A stretch of DNA of 54,654 nucleotides, the filler included, from Dimargaris cristalligena (Eukaryota), in NCBI GenBank assembly GCA_003614675.1. It is 2 parts of 2 records of this genome, joined end to end, with 100 filler letters (N's around TTAATTAATTAA, not from the genome) between each part and the next. Parts side by side here need not be neighbours in the genome. Positions count along the whole stretch, not along the records: positions 27,393 to 54,654 come from ML002521.1; 1 more part is not named here. One strand, 5' to 3'. Every line of letters begins with the position of its first letter. The first letter of the stretch is position 1. A model generated the notes under the pieces. That model saw only the letters and a list, made by a program, of their open reading frames with translations, was not told the DNA's origin and made no database searches. Positions 38,098 to 50,580 of this stretch are shown here, piece by piece. The translations under genes and the position numbers were made by a program.

Positions 38098-40781
38098 TAG
38101 TTGGGGTACGGGGTTATAATTAGCCCCAACTCGGGGCCAGCTGGGTCCGAAGGGGGGCCCTGGTCACATCGCATAGTTGACTGAATGAGTCCGGTTGGAA
38201 AATACCGGTTCTCAAAAGGCTCACGCAAGTTGTCTGTGGCTTATTTATGGTATCAAGTCAATAAACCAGGACTTTACCACTAATATAACACATAATTTGA
38301 GAGCAACGAATGCGCCTAGGTTGTACCAGGCCATTTGACATTGACTTGCCCCTTTTAAGCAGAACCATACATATATTTAATATTTTTAAATATTATCATC
38401 GCACTTGGCCCATTCTCTCGGTATATTATCTAGCATTCACCTCCTTTCCACCCCCATCCCAGATGGAGGGGGCGTGTCCTAACCTGCACCAACATGGTAA
38501 ACCACGTGAATGGCGTATTACAGCTATAAACTGGCGGAGAACCAAGGTGAGAGTTTTCGTCACGATAGAAAAAGTGGTATGCATGCTCTACCCTCTAACA
38601 CTAAACCCACCCCAATAAGAGGTTACATCAACATTTTAACAAGTGCACCTTATAAGGCTGTTCAGCAATAAATATTTAATTATCACAATAAAAAGAAGAG
38701 TTCTGAAATAAAGTTCACCCGACCTTTTTATGTCAGTATATAGTCCTAGTAGTGAGGAACAAGAGGTCTCTGCAACACTTGATCCCAAAACAGCATAATG
38801 GTTATTTACCTAAGGATATGGCCGGTGGGAAAACACTAGTTTCATACATAATGCCCGATTGGAATAGCATAGAAAGCGCTCACTATATACACTTTTTTCC
38901 TCTGACCGCCATCAAGATTTACATTTCAAAGTAACTACCAAAAGGATCCGAATGAAAATATACCCTTATAACTCGCGAATACCTTATTCGGGCCATGCAC
39001 TATCACTATGATTTATTCACGTTGTCTGATTACTGGGCGGTATTACCACCACCATTAAAAAACATCATGATGACCATGGCATTTCACGGACCATTCCTAT
39101 TGCTCTATATGGGGGGATCGGTCAAGTAATGCTGAGTTTCAGAAGGGTTCTTAAATCATTAGCTAGCTCCGAAGGAGGAGGAATACCCATTGGTTTGGAT
39201 CTTAAATACAAATAGGTCTAAAAAACAAAAAAAAAAAACACTGTATTAGCCCAGCTAAAAGGCATATTCCCGGTTTATACTTGCTACTTTATAGATTACA
39301 GATATCGTTCCTAGCATACTGGTGGTTAGATCAAATCTGGGAAGTGGAATGTTTCAAAAATACAATTCAGGTGGGGCTTCAACAATGGTCGCCCAAGAAA
39401 AATAGACGTAAGCCATACGACTTTGAATACAAGTGCTGATATTAGGAAGCTGAGGGTATGGCAGAAGGGGGCTTAAAACCCCGCCAGAGTGGAGAGCACT
39501 ATGAAGGATGGATAAGAGAGCGGGTATTGGATTGTTCTAACAATTGGCCATAACCAAGCGTGAGGGTTAGTACCAGTTGGCTTATTAGTGGATAGTACAC
39601 ACGACAATTCCGATGATATGACCGGGATCCCTAGATTATCAGCAGAACCTTGGGTCGCGGTGCCCATCTACTTAGCGATGGCTCCTAGATACATTGCAAC
39701 CAAGGGTGATGCACGTAGTTCAACTTCATGGTCCTCTGGCGGGGGTACCCAATGCGTCGATTAGTATACTTATCAGAGTAACATTCCCTAATGTCTACCT
39801 GAGCCCCGTATTGGCACCCCCTCTCACAACAATATTCCCCTGCAGACCGTCAACACAGGTTTAGTACATTTCTACCCAATGGACTAGAGTGCGACTCTTA
39901 AGCAACTAATGATTGTGACAGGGTATCTCTCTCGGGCTGGTATTCAAAGCTCTTGGGCGGTAAACAATGCCACGATTGTGGGCATCAATCCTAACTGGGA
40001 GTATAGATGCAACCTCTAACCAATTAGAGCCGGTAACCAATAGCAAAACCAATGAGCCCTTATGGCGGATTTGACTCGTTCTATCCAGTTAACCACTGGT
40101 GGGCGGTTTATGTCCTAGCCAAATCTCTCCCTATCGTATCCGTCGTGATTTGTACTGAATATTCGTCATTGCGGAGAGTCCTCTCGTAGTAGGACTACTG
40201 GTAGTATATATTATCTACTAGACTGTTTTGACAAGGGCAGCAGTAGCACGTATATCCTGCTTCTCTGGCCCATGCTGAAAAGGACTCGTATCTCGAACCA
40301 CGTAGATATTGTACACTCATTAGGCGACGCATGGGTTATAGCGGGATAGAACAGGGAAGCGCCATGGCCATAGATACTTAACAGGCAATAAAACCAAAAT
40401 CCCAGAATTTTCTTCCCACTCTGAACCACTGCTTATAAATCGAAGTCTAATCCATCACTCCCAGCCAAACGCCCGGCCCTGTGTGTCTCATTTGCGGTTT
40501 CCGCCTGTAAACCCACTACTACTGACTTTCGTACTCACGTCACTTTCCCATTGCTACCCGACAGACCCCCCCTCCTTTATTCCCCGCTATTTACTGCTGA
40601 CCAACCCATTCTGCATCCGTTCTTTCTTTCTTGACATACCCGCACAATACTATTCATCCATACTGCTGATTTCTACCTTTGTCGGTTGGGGTTCTTCACG
40701 CTACAAGCGAGACTCCATTGGTACACTACCACCACTACCCAGCCGTTACCCCCACTCCCCATAGTACCATTACACGCCATC

Positions 40782-41942
40782 ATGATACGCATTCGCACTT
40801 CAGAAGGCATGGAGCTAGAAGTTGAGCGCGAAATTATGGAGCAGTCGATGCTCATCAAAGGCCTTCTAGAAGACGTAGGCCATTCGAATGCCGGTAGGTT
40901 GGTTTAGGCTTATTCTAATCCAAGTACACCTCTCCCCCATCCCGGTGGTCTGTTCCCGTAACAAATAGCAGGAGCGAACCCAATGCAGCAGAGCATATAG
41001 ACTTCATTGCAGCATGCCTCCCCGCCCCTTTTGTAACCCTACTGACTAAAACTCTGCCCCACGATACAACATCAACCTCTCCCACACCTTGGCATTTCCC
41101 CTCTACTAATCCCAACAGTCCTACCCCTGCCCAATGTGAGCGGCCCCATCCTGGCCAAAGTCATCGAATACTGCCGCCACCACCAGCTGCATAACCGCCG
41201 CCCGGCGGGCCCGAGCGGTAGTACCCCGGACGGGACCGTCGGTTCCGTTCGGGACGACGATGAGGGCGTCAGCCAAGATGGGGGCGATTCACGCATGTCG
41301 GGCACTACTATTCCTGCGGGTGGCGCAGGCCCCGACCCCATTCGCGTCACCTTTGCTCCGCCCTCATCGACGGTTACGGTAGCCAATAGTGCACGCGTCA
41401 CGGCGTTCACGACCACCAGGGCCCCACCCGCCAATATTTATCCCGTTCACGAGACCCCAGCGGACCTGTCGACCAGTACATTGACAGCGTCGGCCGCTAT
41501 GGGACCCCAGCCGGCTCGCCAGACCATCACCCTCGGGGATTGGGATCGCGAGTTTTGTAACGTGGACCAAGGTGCCCTGTACGAACTGATCTTGGCGGCT
41601 AATTACTTGGATATTAAACCCCTGCTGGATCTGACCTGCCTAACTGTGGCCAATATGATTAAAGGTAAGTTACTTTAGAATTTTAGAAAAGCAGAACTAT
41701 ACTCGTAATGAGTATACGGTACTTCTCAGCCCAGCACATTGTGTATTACAAATCACCGATTGCTGAGTGCGATGTTTGATATATAGATTAACCCTAAAGC
41801 TGCATATTGCCTCTCAACACCATCCGATTTGACAGGGAAAATGCCCGATGAAATTCGCCGGACATTCAACGTAAAGAATGATTTCACCCCCGAAGAGGAA
41901 GAGGCGGTGCGGAAGGAAAACGAATGGTGTGAGGACCGCTAA
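40782..41942 (+). CDS. SKP1: Skp1 family SCF adaptor with a long internal insertion; exons 40782-40893, 41119-41664, 41836-41942 (254 aa)
   Basis: [87 protein letters not shown] and [29 protein letters not shown]. Confidence 0.95.
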
Positions 41943-42130
41943 ACTACTCTACCGGGTATACCGAAATGTGTCATACATTGTTAACCCAGGGCCATATGCT
42001 ATGTAGCCCGCCCTACTTATATCTAAATCACCACTATAGTCCTCCTGATACTCTCATTTCATCCCCCAATCCGAATGTCCAATATACCCTAAATTAACCA
42101 GTCTTCAGTGTTTCTGGCCAATGAATTAAA

Positions 42131-42273
42131 ATGGGTGATATTCGACCCAGCTGTATAGGGATTTAAATGACAAGTGTACGAGAAAATGAGTGGGTGGTTC
42201 ATTTTCAGCCAGTAATATTGGCCTCATCCAACGGATTTTTCACTATACAGCCTGAATGAACTTCTCCCATATG
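42131..42273 (+). mobile_element. MITE-like dispersed repeat, copy 4
   Basis: atGGGTGATATTCGACCCAGCTGTATAGGG ... GGATTTTTCACTATACAGCC ... GAACTTCTCCCatatg; lies ~190 bp downstream of the SKP1 stop. Confidence 0.85.
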
Positions 42274-44312
42274 ATGGTAGAAGACGCACAAAAGAATGAT
42301 TCACATCGCTAGAAACTGGTGACGGCCGCTTGGCTTGAGTCAGTAACCTCTTCATGATTCTCCGAGTTCCTGAGTTACCGATTTAAAAACGGAACTCGAA
42401 TTACAAGGTAGTCCAATTAAATCCCCTACTATACTTAAGATGAAACAGCTTGAATGGAAACCTATCATTTGGATGAACTTTTTGCAATCTTCCAAATCGG
42501 GCGAGGGGTTCAATTGAGGTTCGTCAACCTTGGCCAAAACCAAAAATATGGCCTCATAAAGTTAAGGTGTAGAGGGTTTTCCATAACTTACCCACCCTGC
42601 CTAAGAACAGTGCCCAACCAAAGCATGTAAATCCACACGCGTTTCACCACGATGGGCAGGCATTTGATCAAAGAATCTTGCCCATGCCCTCGTATTTCAA
42701 TCAGCCATGTTGGTCCATTATTCCCATAAACACCTATTTTTTCACATGAGGCTATGGGGCGCTATCGGCATTGATTTCCAAACTACAGTAAGGCATCTGG
42801 GGGGAAAAGTGTGGGGGACATGATTTCCCTAACCTTTTTTTCTTATAACCAAATTACATTCCCTGGTTTCCTGACGCCCCCAACTTTTCTTAAAAAAACT
42901 TGTTGATCAACCTTTTGTTATGGTTTGGTTGGAAAAATTTAGCCCCCGGACTTTCACATTGGTTGGCCCATGCGTATCAGACATTTACTCGGTATTATAA
43001 AGTACGCTTGGTTTCGGGGCTAATTAGCTTTTAGTTGGGGTAAAGTGATGGACTCTAATGACCAGTCAGATGCAACTCCCAATTTGGTTGAATAGGCCGG
43101 GAGGAGGTGAGGGGGGGCGGTCGATTTTGGGCGCCTATAATTACATGGTTTTTTAATTATTCGGCCCTAACTAAGGCTGCCCTCCTCCCCTCAAACTCCA
43201 TCATTGAATAATATGTCTTAGCAGTGTTTAAACGACTCAACTATTAGACATACTATTTTACATTAATCAAAGTTAACCAATTGGGACAGATTAAACTCGG
43301 TTGGTAAAGAAGAATAGAGGCTGGATGAGAAGCGCACCACCTTCCGTTTTGTTATTCAGTGAAACAGGATATTATTATCTGCAATAATTACCTGAATTGA
43401 ATAAGGCTGGTCCAGTGGCATCCAAGAAACCAAGTCCAATTACGGTGTTCATTAGCTCAGTCCCCTCTTGCGGATGAATTCGTACACCTAATGATCATAT
43501 ATGTACATATATATTTGTTTGTTTACTCTTGCTAAATTATATCATTTTTCTTATTACCCAGCATTAAAGTTGTAAGTCCTGGCCATTTGACCGCGGGGGA
43601 TCGACGGACACTCCTTGACCTGATGTTTACCCCAACCAATACTACAAAAATACCCATGCGGCTGAAACCTAATACAAACCGTCTGCCCCAACCCATTGTT
43701 TTCTAATCGAGTATTATCTTAAGATAACCTCTTTGGCGTTACGGGAAGAAGTCGATGAGGGAATGTCGCTTCAAACCCCTCCAAAAACATAACCTATATT
43801 TATATACGACTTTATTCAATTCCCAATTCCACTTATGGTTCACCTTTGGTTGGATGATTCGCCCATTTCTATTTTAACGGCACGATTTGCCTGTCTGGTC
43901 CGTTAACTATAGGCGTGCAATTTTATTTGGCATTCCCTAGCATGACCAAACTACCACCAACGAGCGCCCTGGTCGGTTTGTTTTGATTTAACTAGAACCG
44001 TCGGCGATTGGCTCGCCCCATCTGTTTATTTATTTTACTTACACCATAACATCTTGTTCTACCCTCCCCCCCTCTTTTGGTCCCACCACACCTCTATCCA
44101 CTGTTTTACTTGACACATTCCACTGGAGCCGGGGTGGAACACCCACACTCCCCCGGGAGCCTATGTTAAATTAAACCGAACCTCCATATAGTAGTACACT
44201 TGGCTTAATCCAATACTCTAGAATGATTACGTTAAGAAGGAGTGTATCCGTGTGGTCTGGGGGGAGGGGGGGTTTCTTACAGTCGGACACCCAAAGTGAC
44301 TGTTCAACCGTA

Positions 44313-44315
<3 letters not shown>

Positions 44316-44352
<37 letters not shown>
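44316..44352. repeat. (TA)n microsatellite
   Basis: Uninterrupted TA run; shorter runs occur near 5207-5225, 5911-5930 and 48402-48426. Confidence 0.9.
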
Positions 44353-44356
<4 letters not shown>

Positions 44357-47334
44357 CGAATGTATATTGTGAACACGAATGAGTCGGTATGCGGGGTAAA
44401 ATATCTGTAAAACTAGACTATCCCCCCTCCCAATAAAAATAGTATTGCAGCCGCGATCTCGCATGATTGTTCACTGAAAAAGGTCGCGCTGAGTCAGTCG
44501 GGGAATGCGACTAGATTAGTGTATGGCACTATTTGCTGAATTATTCACAGACCGCGTCGAATAAGGAGGCGGGCTAGGAAATAAAGGGTACTGATTCTGT
44601 GGAGAGAAATTTAAAGTCCGTTAAAGAGGGAAAGTTACTGAGCCATCTCCTTACTGAACCTGGGCAAAAAACCACGGAGGACTCCGAAACGGCCGCACCA
44701 GAACCGTACAGTTAGGTGGATTTAAGGATAAGCCCGTATCTACAAATGCTTTACGCATATTCTGGTTTGTTTACCTTATTCTCGATTGGGTTGGGTCGGG
44801 ACATCGTTACACCAGGCGAATAAGCATGAGTCCGAACAAATGCCGAATGGCATTCTTGAACATCCTTTACCGACCAGGGCTAACCCTGGTCTGATATGAA
44901 CTTATATAGCAAGTATGTCTACATAAAATTGCTTATCCCAGACACGAGCTGCTAAACGGGGGGGGGGGGTTGTACAGACATGCGCAGTAAGTTGGCCGAT
45001 TTTCTGACACCTAGTACGCGGATAAAGAGACTGGCAGGTGTCCACACTGCTTCAGAAGAGCAGCGGTGTCGACGCCAGGGACTCCATCTTTGTTGAAAGT
45101 CTTTTAATCGGCAGACTCGCTCTAGGGCCAATCCAAACCGGAGCATCTTGCGAATTTTTACCTTTTAAAATTGAGGGATCGCACCCCAGCAGCGGTGATT
45201 ATAAGGTCTATCCCCGGTGGGTCTCTGGACTTTCGCTGTCTTGTTTAGCAAGGCACATGCCAAAGCATAAATGGTATCCTTCAGCCAGTTATGGCTCCTC
45301 CCAATTGGGAATTGGGGCACGTCAGCAGTAAACTGGCTGAAGCGGGACCATGCTCGACCCAATCCGACCCGACTGCTGGCAATTGTGGCTGGGCGCGCTA
45401 GTCTGCTTGCCGTGGAAAATCGATTTACCGAAAGTTGTGCGGATTCATGCATAAATGGGCGCGCCTTTTATTTTAGTTTATGGAAACCCTCTACGATGTT
45501 TGGGGCTCCATACCTGCAATTGGACGTGGTAGCCGGCTCGGGTTGGTTGTGTTTCATGGTATAACAGGGTGGATTTACTATCGACCTTCGATCCGATTAG
45601 TAAAGTGCTTGCTACAAGGCGATATTGGTCAGCAACGTTTATGCAATGGCTACCAGTTCTAATTCCTCCTGCGGACATACACATGCAAAGTATGGCGGCC
45701 ATTGAATGATGTGAGCCATCGGCAGCTTAACGCAGTGCGAAACCGGTGTGGCAACCAGGGGTAGAATAGCCAGATGTCATGTCGATAGAGCGGCTGGAAG
45801 AAACGGGGGACTGAATAGCAGAAGAAAATAATAATGCTGTTTAAGACAGAGAAAATGGGGAGTGTGCAGTAGTGGGTCACTATAGAAACAGCCCAGATTG
45901 GCTTTACCAGCGCCGTTTTATTGACGCACTGTACGAAGCCAAACTGCATGGAAGCTTTGGCTTGGCGAGGCCATGACACACACACGCACGCACATTGGAG
46001 CTCCGCATTCTTTTGTTGTACCCCCTTTTTTGCGCTTTATGGTCGGATTGAATACCCTTTACGAATAATTAGCTGGGAGGGTGTAAAAATAAAAAAGGGG
46101 GGAGGGTGTTCGACATACTCGCGGCCTCCTATCAAGAGCCGTTTTATCTATTGGAATCTTCGCGCCCTCCATCGCCACCTCCTTCTTCCTTCCATTCACT
46201 CCAAAAGCGGGTCTCCGCGAAGCCGTAAGAGGACCAAGAGGCGGGGGATTCGTACGTGTTTGCTCCTGGAACCTATTATAGTAATTTAGAGGAGGGCGAT
46301 CTTCGACGGCCGACCAACTAACTGGGGGGATATATATGATATATTGATTTTTTTATAAAGAAAAAGCATCGGCTGGTGCGTCCACTGGGATTGACGGGTG
46401 GCTCCGTGGAAGTCCTTTATTCACCGCTCGTTTCGGCCATACGCAAGACCCGAGCGCAAATAGGGGGTAAAAAAAGCTGGAGCTGGGCGGGTGGAAATGG
46501 CTTACACAGGCCACACTCGGGGTGCCTTGGAACCACTGGCTGTATACGTTTCACCATACTTGGGGTGTTTTGGCTGTCTATGTTACTCCCCCTTGGTTGC
46601 TCTGCCCCCGCTGTATTTTCTTTGCACTCGCCACTGGCATCGTGGATCGTCTGCTTAAAAATCATCGCTTTCTTTTTGGGCGCCAATCTGTTCGCCCTTT
46701 CCTCAGATTACATTATAAATACCCCTAGCCCCCCCCTCCACCTGCCATTCCTTTACTCAGTATTATACATTGCTTTTAATTTTTACCAATTTATACAATC
46801 ATTTATATCGCCTCGTTTCTATTATATGCTTAGCTATTTCTATTTCTATCGATAGTTCATTGGCCTGTCGTCGTTTCTACCTAACTTATTGTTTACTTCC
46901 AGCCTAGTTGTATTCCCCCTTTTCCTTACCTCAACCATACTACTACTACTACTACTCTTCGTGATATTATCATAATAGTTTTTGGCCTCAGCCAACAGAG
47001 CACCATCTCAGAACCCAATATAACCACCACAGCCCAGCCATATTATTTTACCGCGAACCCGCTTTCTTCGAAGCGTCCTCTATCCGAATATTTGATTTAG
47101 TCATTGGTACTCGCGTAAGTGAACCACACCCGCTATGTTATCCGTACTATCAGCCCACCGTGTCTTATTTTTCCATGGGTTTGATCGACCAGTTAAACCG
47201 GCCCCCCTAGCGTCGATCTCTTTAATCATCGTTGCCCATACTCCCCCTCTCCTTCCCCTTCCACACTTGCCTCCAATCACCTAGTGTTCCCACCCGCCCA
47301 CTCCATATACCCCCCGCCCTCAGTCGCCAAGAAG

Positions 47335-48357
47335 ATGTGGTTAAAACTCATACGCTGGTCTCTATTCGCTCCACCGCCTTGCGAATTTCAAGGCCTGCGA
47401 CTCCGCCATGAGGCCGAGGAAGAAGAGCGCTGCATGGCCGAAAAGTACCAGCAACTCGAAAACCTCCTCTTGAAGGGTCACTCCCACACCGACCCTCCTC
47501 CCCAGCGCGGTTTCCCGACCAATACCACCGCCCATTCGGCAGCCATTTTGGACAAAGACAGTAACGATCAAGATGCCCTCACTGAGGCGTTTGAGAGCCA
47601 ATCGGGGGCCGCCAATCCATCGCTCTCCCAAGCCGCCACCAAATCTATCCGCTCATCCCTGACCTTTACTTTAAAGAGTCGGACGGTAACGGCCGTTCAC
47701 CCCGGTGGTGATTTATCCCTAACCCGCCGCCCCAGTTCCCTGACCGTCCGGGAGCTGGCCCTGCTCAGTGACATCCGGTCCCACCAGCAGCGGTCCGACG
47801 AACTCAATCGGTTGGCCTCCTACCACATTTACAAGGCCCGTAACCAATACTTCGATAAGGAGACCATTGATTTGAGCGGCTTACTAACCGATGACATTCG
47901 TAACAAGCTCCTAAAGCGCATCCGATTATGCCAACGGCGGGGAATCGAGCGACTGGCGGTTATATTACCCCACCTTTCTCCCGAACCATCCCCCCGGTCC
48001 CGACAGTCTAATAATCTCCCCCTACGGTCCACCCGGTCCTCACTCATATCCGAGGTGACTTTCATCGATACACCATCGGAATTCATGCTCGATGCCGCCG
48101 CCCCTTCGAATATATTTGCTCCTTGTCGGATGTCTTCGGTATCCCACCACCACGGCCCTAATGCGCGGCCGCGGTCATCCCTAATTAGTCCGTCGGTTAA
48201 ACCGGCCCGGGTGGAAGAGGATCGACCCCGGTCGGCTGCTGTCGTTCGGGAAACCGTACTGTTTTTGTTGCGGGAGCACCGGCTGCGATACTCCCTGGAC
48301 AGTCCGCAAGCTGGATCCATTATGGTCCATATCCCTAGTGCCCGGGAGCGCAGGTGA
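47335..48357 (+). CDS. DUF1771/Smr-domain-like protein with degenerate Smr motifs (340 aa)
   Basis: LRHEAEEE...HQQRSDELNRLASYHIYKARN (DUF1771-like), TIDLSGL...LAVI (Smr strands; canonical IDLHGL) and VRETVLFLLREHRLRY...QAGSIMVHI (Smr C-terminal helix/strand). Confidence 0.7.
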   Translation: MWLKLIRWSLFAPPPCEFQGLRLRHEAEEEERCMAEKYQQLENLLLKGHSHTDPPPQRGFPTNTTAHSAAILDKDSNDQDALTEAFESQSGAANPSLSQAATKSIRSSLTFTLKSRTVTAVHPGGDLSLTRRPSSLTVRELALLSDIRSHQQRSDELNRLASYHIYKARNQYFDKETIDLSGLLTDDIRNKLLKRIRLCQRRGIERLAVILPHLSPEPSPRSRQSNNLPLRSTRSSLISEVTFIDTPSEFMLDAAAPSNIFAPCRMSSVSHHHGPNARPRSSLISPSVKPARVEEDRPRSAAVVRETVLFLLREHRLRYSLDSPQAGSIMVHIPSARERR

Positions 48358-48395
48358 AAATCGATATTTCTTAACTTGCTCCTATATTTCAACCC

Positions 48396-48426
<31 letters not shown>

Positions 48427-49452
48427 CTCTTTATCTCCATATACATACCCATTATTTCTTACTGTTTATAAGTTTCGATAACATTAAGCTAGCAAATCGT
48501 CCTTGCCTAACCTCTTTTTAAAATTATTTTATAAGTGCACTGCCCATCACATTTTATTGGGTAGGATTCACGTGCTTTTCAAACCATTATTTTTGTAATT
48601 ATTTTATTTTTACTTTTGCGCTACTTTCTAACCCCTCATTTGTACAACATCTATTCGAAAATTTTCATGACTACATACCATATAAGTATGTACTAGTATT
48701 GCATTGATGCTTTCAATAAAATTCATTATGTTTGCGGTTCACTTTGCTAATTTTATTCTATAGAACCATTTGACGGGTGTAATTTTTAAAGTATGCTGAT
48801 ACTGCAAACTTGTTGAGTCTTCAAAATTAATGATACTCTTTTCACGGTGCTTAATCACTCGAATACCTCACCGGTCTCTATGCGAGATTTGCTTAATATC
48901 TAAAAAGGCGAGTGTTTTTTTCGACTGGCACTTATTAATAGGGAAGAGCAGATCAGGGACATATCCATCTATGAGTGCCTAGGGCACGGTTACTGACTAG
49001 GGTAGGCGTATAAGGGTTTATCAGGATATACTAAGAACATATAAACTAAGTGAACAGGCTATAGCCTGGTGGTGTATTTATAAGTGGGGACAATGTCGCA
49101 GGGGGGGGGGGTCTTCTAGTAATAATGATAGCACCTGAAAGTAACCTCCGACAGCCGGAACATTCAACCGGCAATTGGTGATTTTGGGCCAAAAAGGGGG
49201 GGGGGTATAGGGAAGGCGTTCTCTGCGAGCTAACTGGGTTAAGAGGTAAACTATAGTGGGTCCCAAAGCTGTTGTGGCATATTAAGACCAAATATCGAAG
49301 TAACTCTAGGCCAGGATGAGCCCCGCTGGTAAAACACATATTATCCTGCACAATAATGCCCAGCATTCGACTAGAACCATTCAGCCATGCCTCACCTTAT
49401 TGAACAGCAAGAATCGCTTCACTTTTCCTTGTCTCTATTTGACCAATTATTA

Positions 49453-50580
49453 TTAAATGACGCGTTCTTTGATTCGACTGGCCCATTTTTTAAATTTGGC
49501 TTTGACAGAAGGGGCTTTCCTTTGACAGTAGAAACTTGTATTTCTAATGAGGTTACGCATTTTGGCACGCTTCCCACATTCCTGCGATAAGCAGCAAACC
49601 ATATTATTGTTACCGTTGATGGTAGAGTATTATAGGAGTGGGTTGATGCGTCAACAATTAGGTTAGTAAACACGCCTGTGCGTCATGGGCAGTCGGGGAA
49701 ATTAGTAAACGGAATCTAAAACAACAACAACAAACCATAAATCATTGACGCAGCGCCTACTTTCGGAATAGGGTCAGCTGAACATTGCCAAGAAGAAGGC
49801 ATGTCTGAGATGCAATTGATCAAAGGACATATCAAGGCGAGAACTTACACTGTTAGTTGCGTCATTTGTTTCCAACCGCGATGTGAAACTGGGGCATCTA
49901 GGGCTGGTTACTTCGGGGTTTGGTAAAATGGCATAACTAGGCAGCAAACTATCACCTAATTCATCTAGGTACAGCCAATCTGTATAGCCGGGACATTCAT
50001 CGTCAGGTAAATCATCAGTATATGTCGAAGGTGTATAATGAACATATTCACTGGCATTTGATTCATTGGAGTCCGTTCGATGTAGAGGTGCCAGATTTTC
50101 CCAGTGGAACGCATCGCCATCATCGGTATGGTTGTCGTTGTCGTCAGCCTGGATAGCGTTGAACTCTTCATCTGGAATAACTCCACTACGGGGAGCGTTC
50201 GGCTCATGTACCGGTTCGGCCGTTCGGGGATCAGTGTCAGCATTATTAGTAGCCGCTCCGCGAACTAGGCCTCCTCCAACACCATCTTCAGGGTCCGAGG
50301 AACCCCAATCCTCCCAATTGAAGTTGGCGGAACTTGCATCGAAAAATTTATCATCATCATCATCATCATCATCGTCATCGCCATTGTTGGACCGCGCGTC
50401 GTAAGATTCAAGATTATCAAAGTAGTTAGATAATGAGGCGGCAACCCCGACATCACTCCTTCCAGGCTCCAACGATAATGTGGTGGCAGGAGGGCCTAAT
50501 CCGACCGGCTGGGGGCGACCCGCGACAAAAACGACCATGGTTAGGCCAAGAACTGAGATTGAAACAATCGAGGGCCTCAT
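49453..50580 (-). CDS. Secreted protein A: signal peptide, acidic region and basic C-terminal exon; exons 50580-49849 and 49581-49453 (286 aa). The unspliced ORF ends at 49774
   Basis: Signal MRPSIVSISVLGLTMVVFVAG-RPQP and a poly-Asp tract. GTAAGT donor at 49848, TACTAAC at 49669-49663 followed by an AG-free stretch to CAG at 49584-49582. Exon 2 is less certain than exon 1. Confidence 0.65.

Noticed and set aside
45038-45331. QTGASCEFL as a retroviral-type aspartic protease (DTGA) relic
   Set aside because: The catalytic Asp is absent and no gag, RT, integrase or LTR was seen nearby.
12551-48452. Many long antisense or alternate-frame ORFs (e.g. 12551-12976, 16440-16892, 21994-22680, 29281-29862, 37540-38040, 47829-48452)
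   Set aside because: They are shadows of GC3-biased real genes on the opposite strand or frame and carry no motifs.
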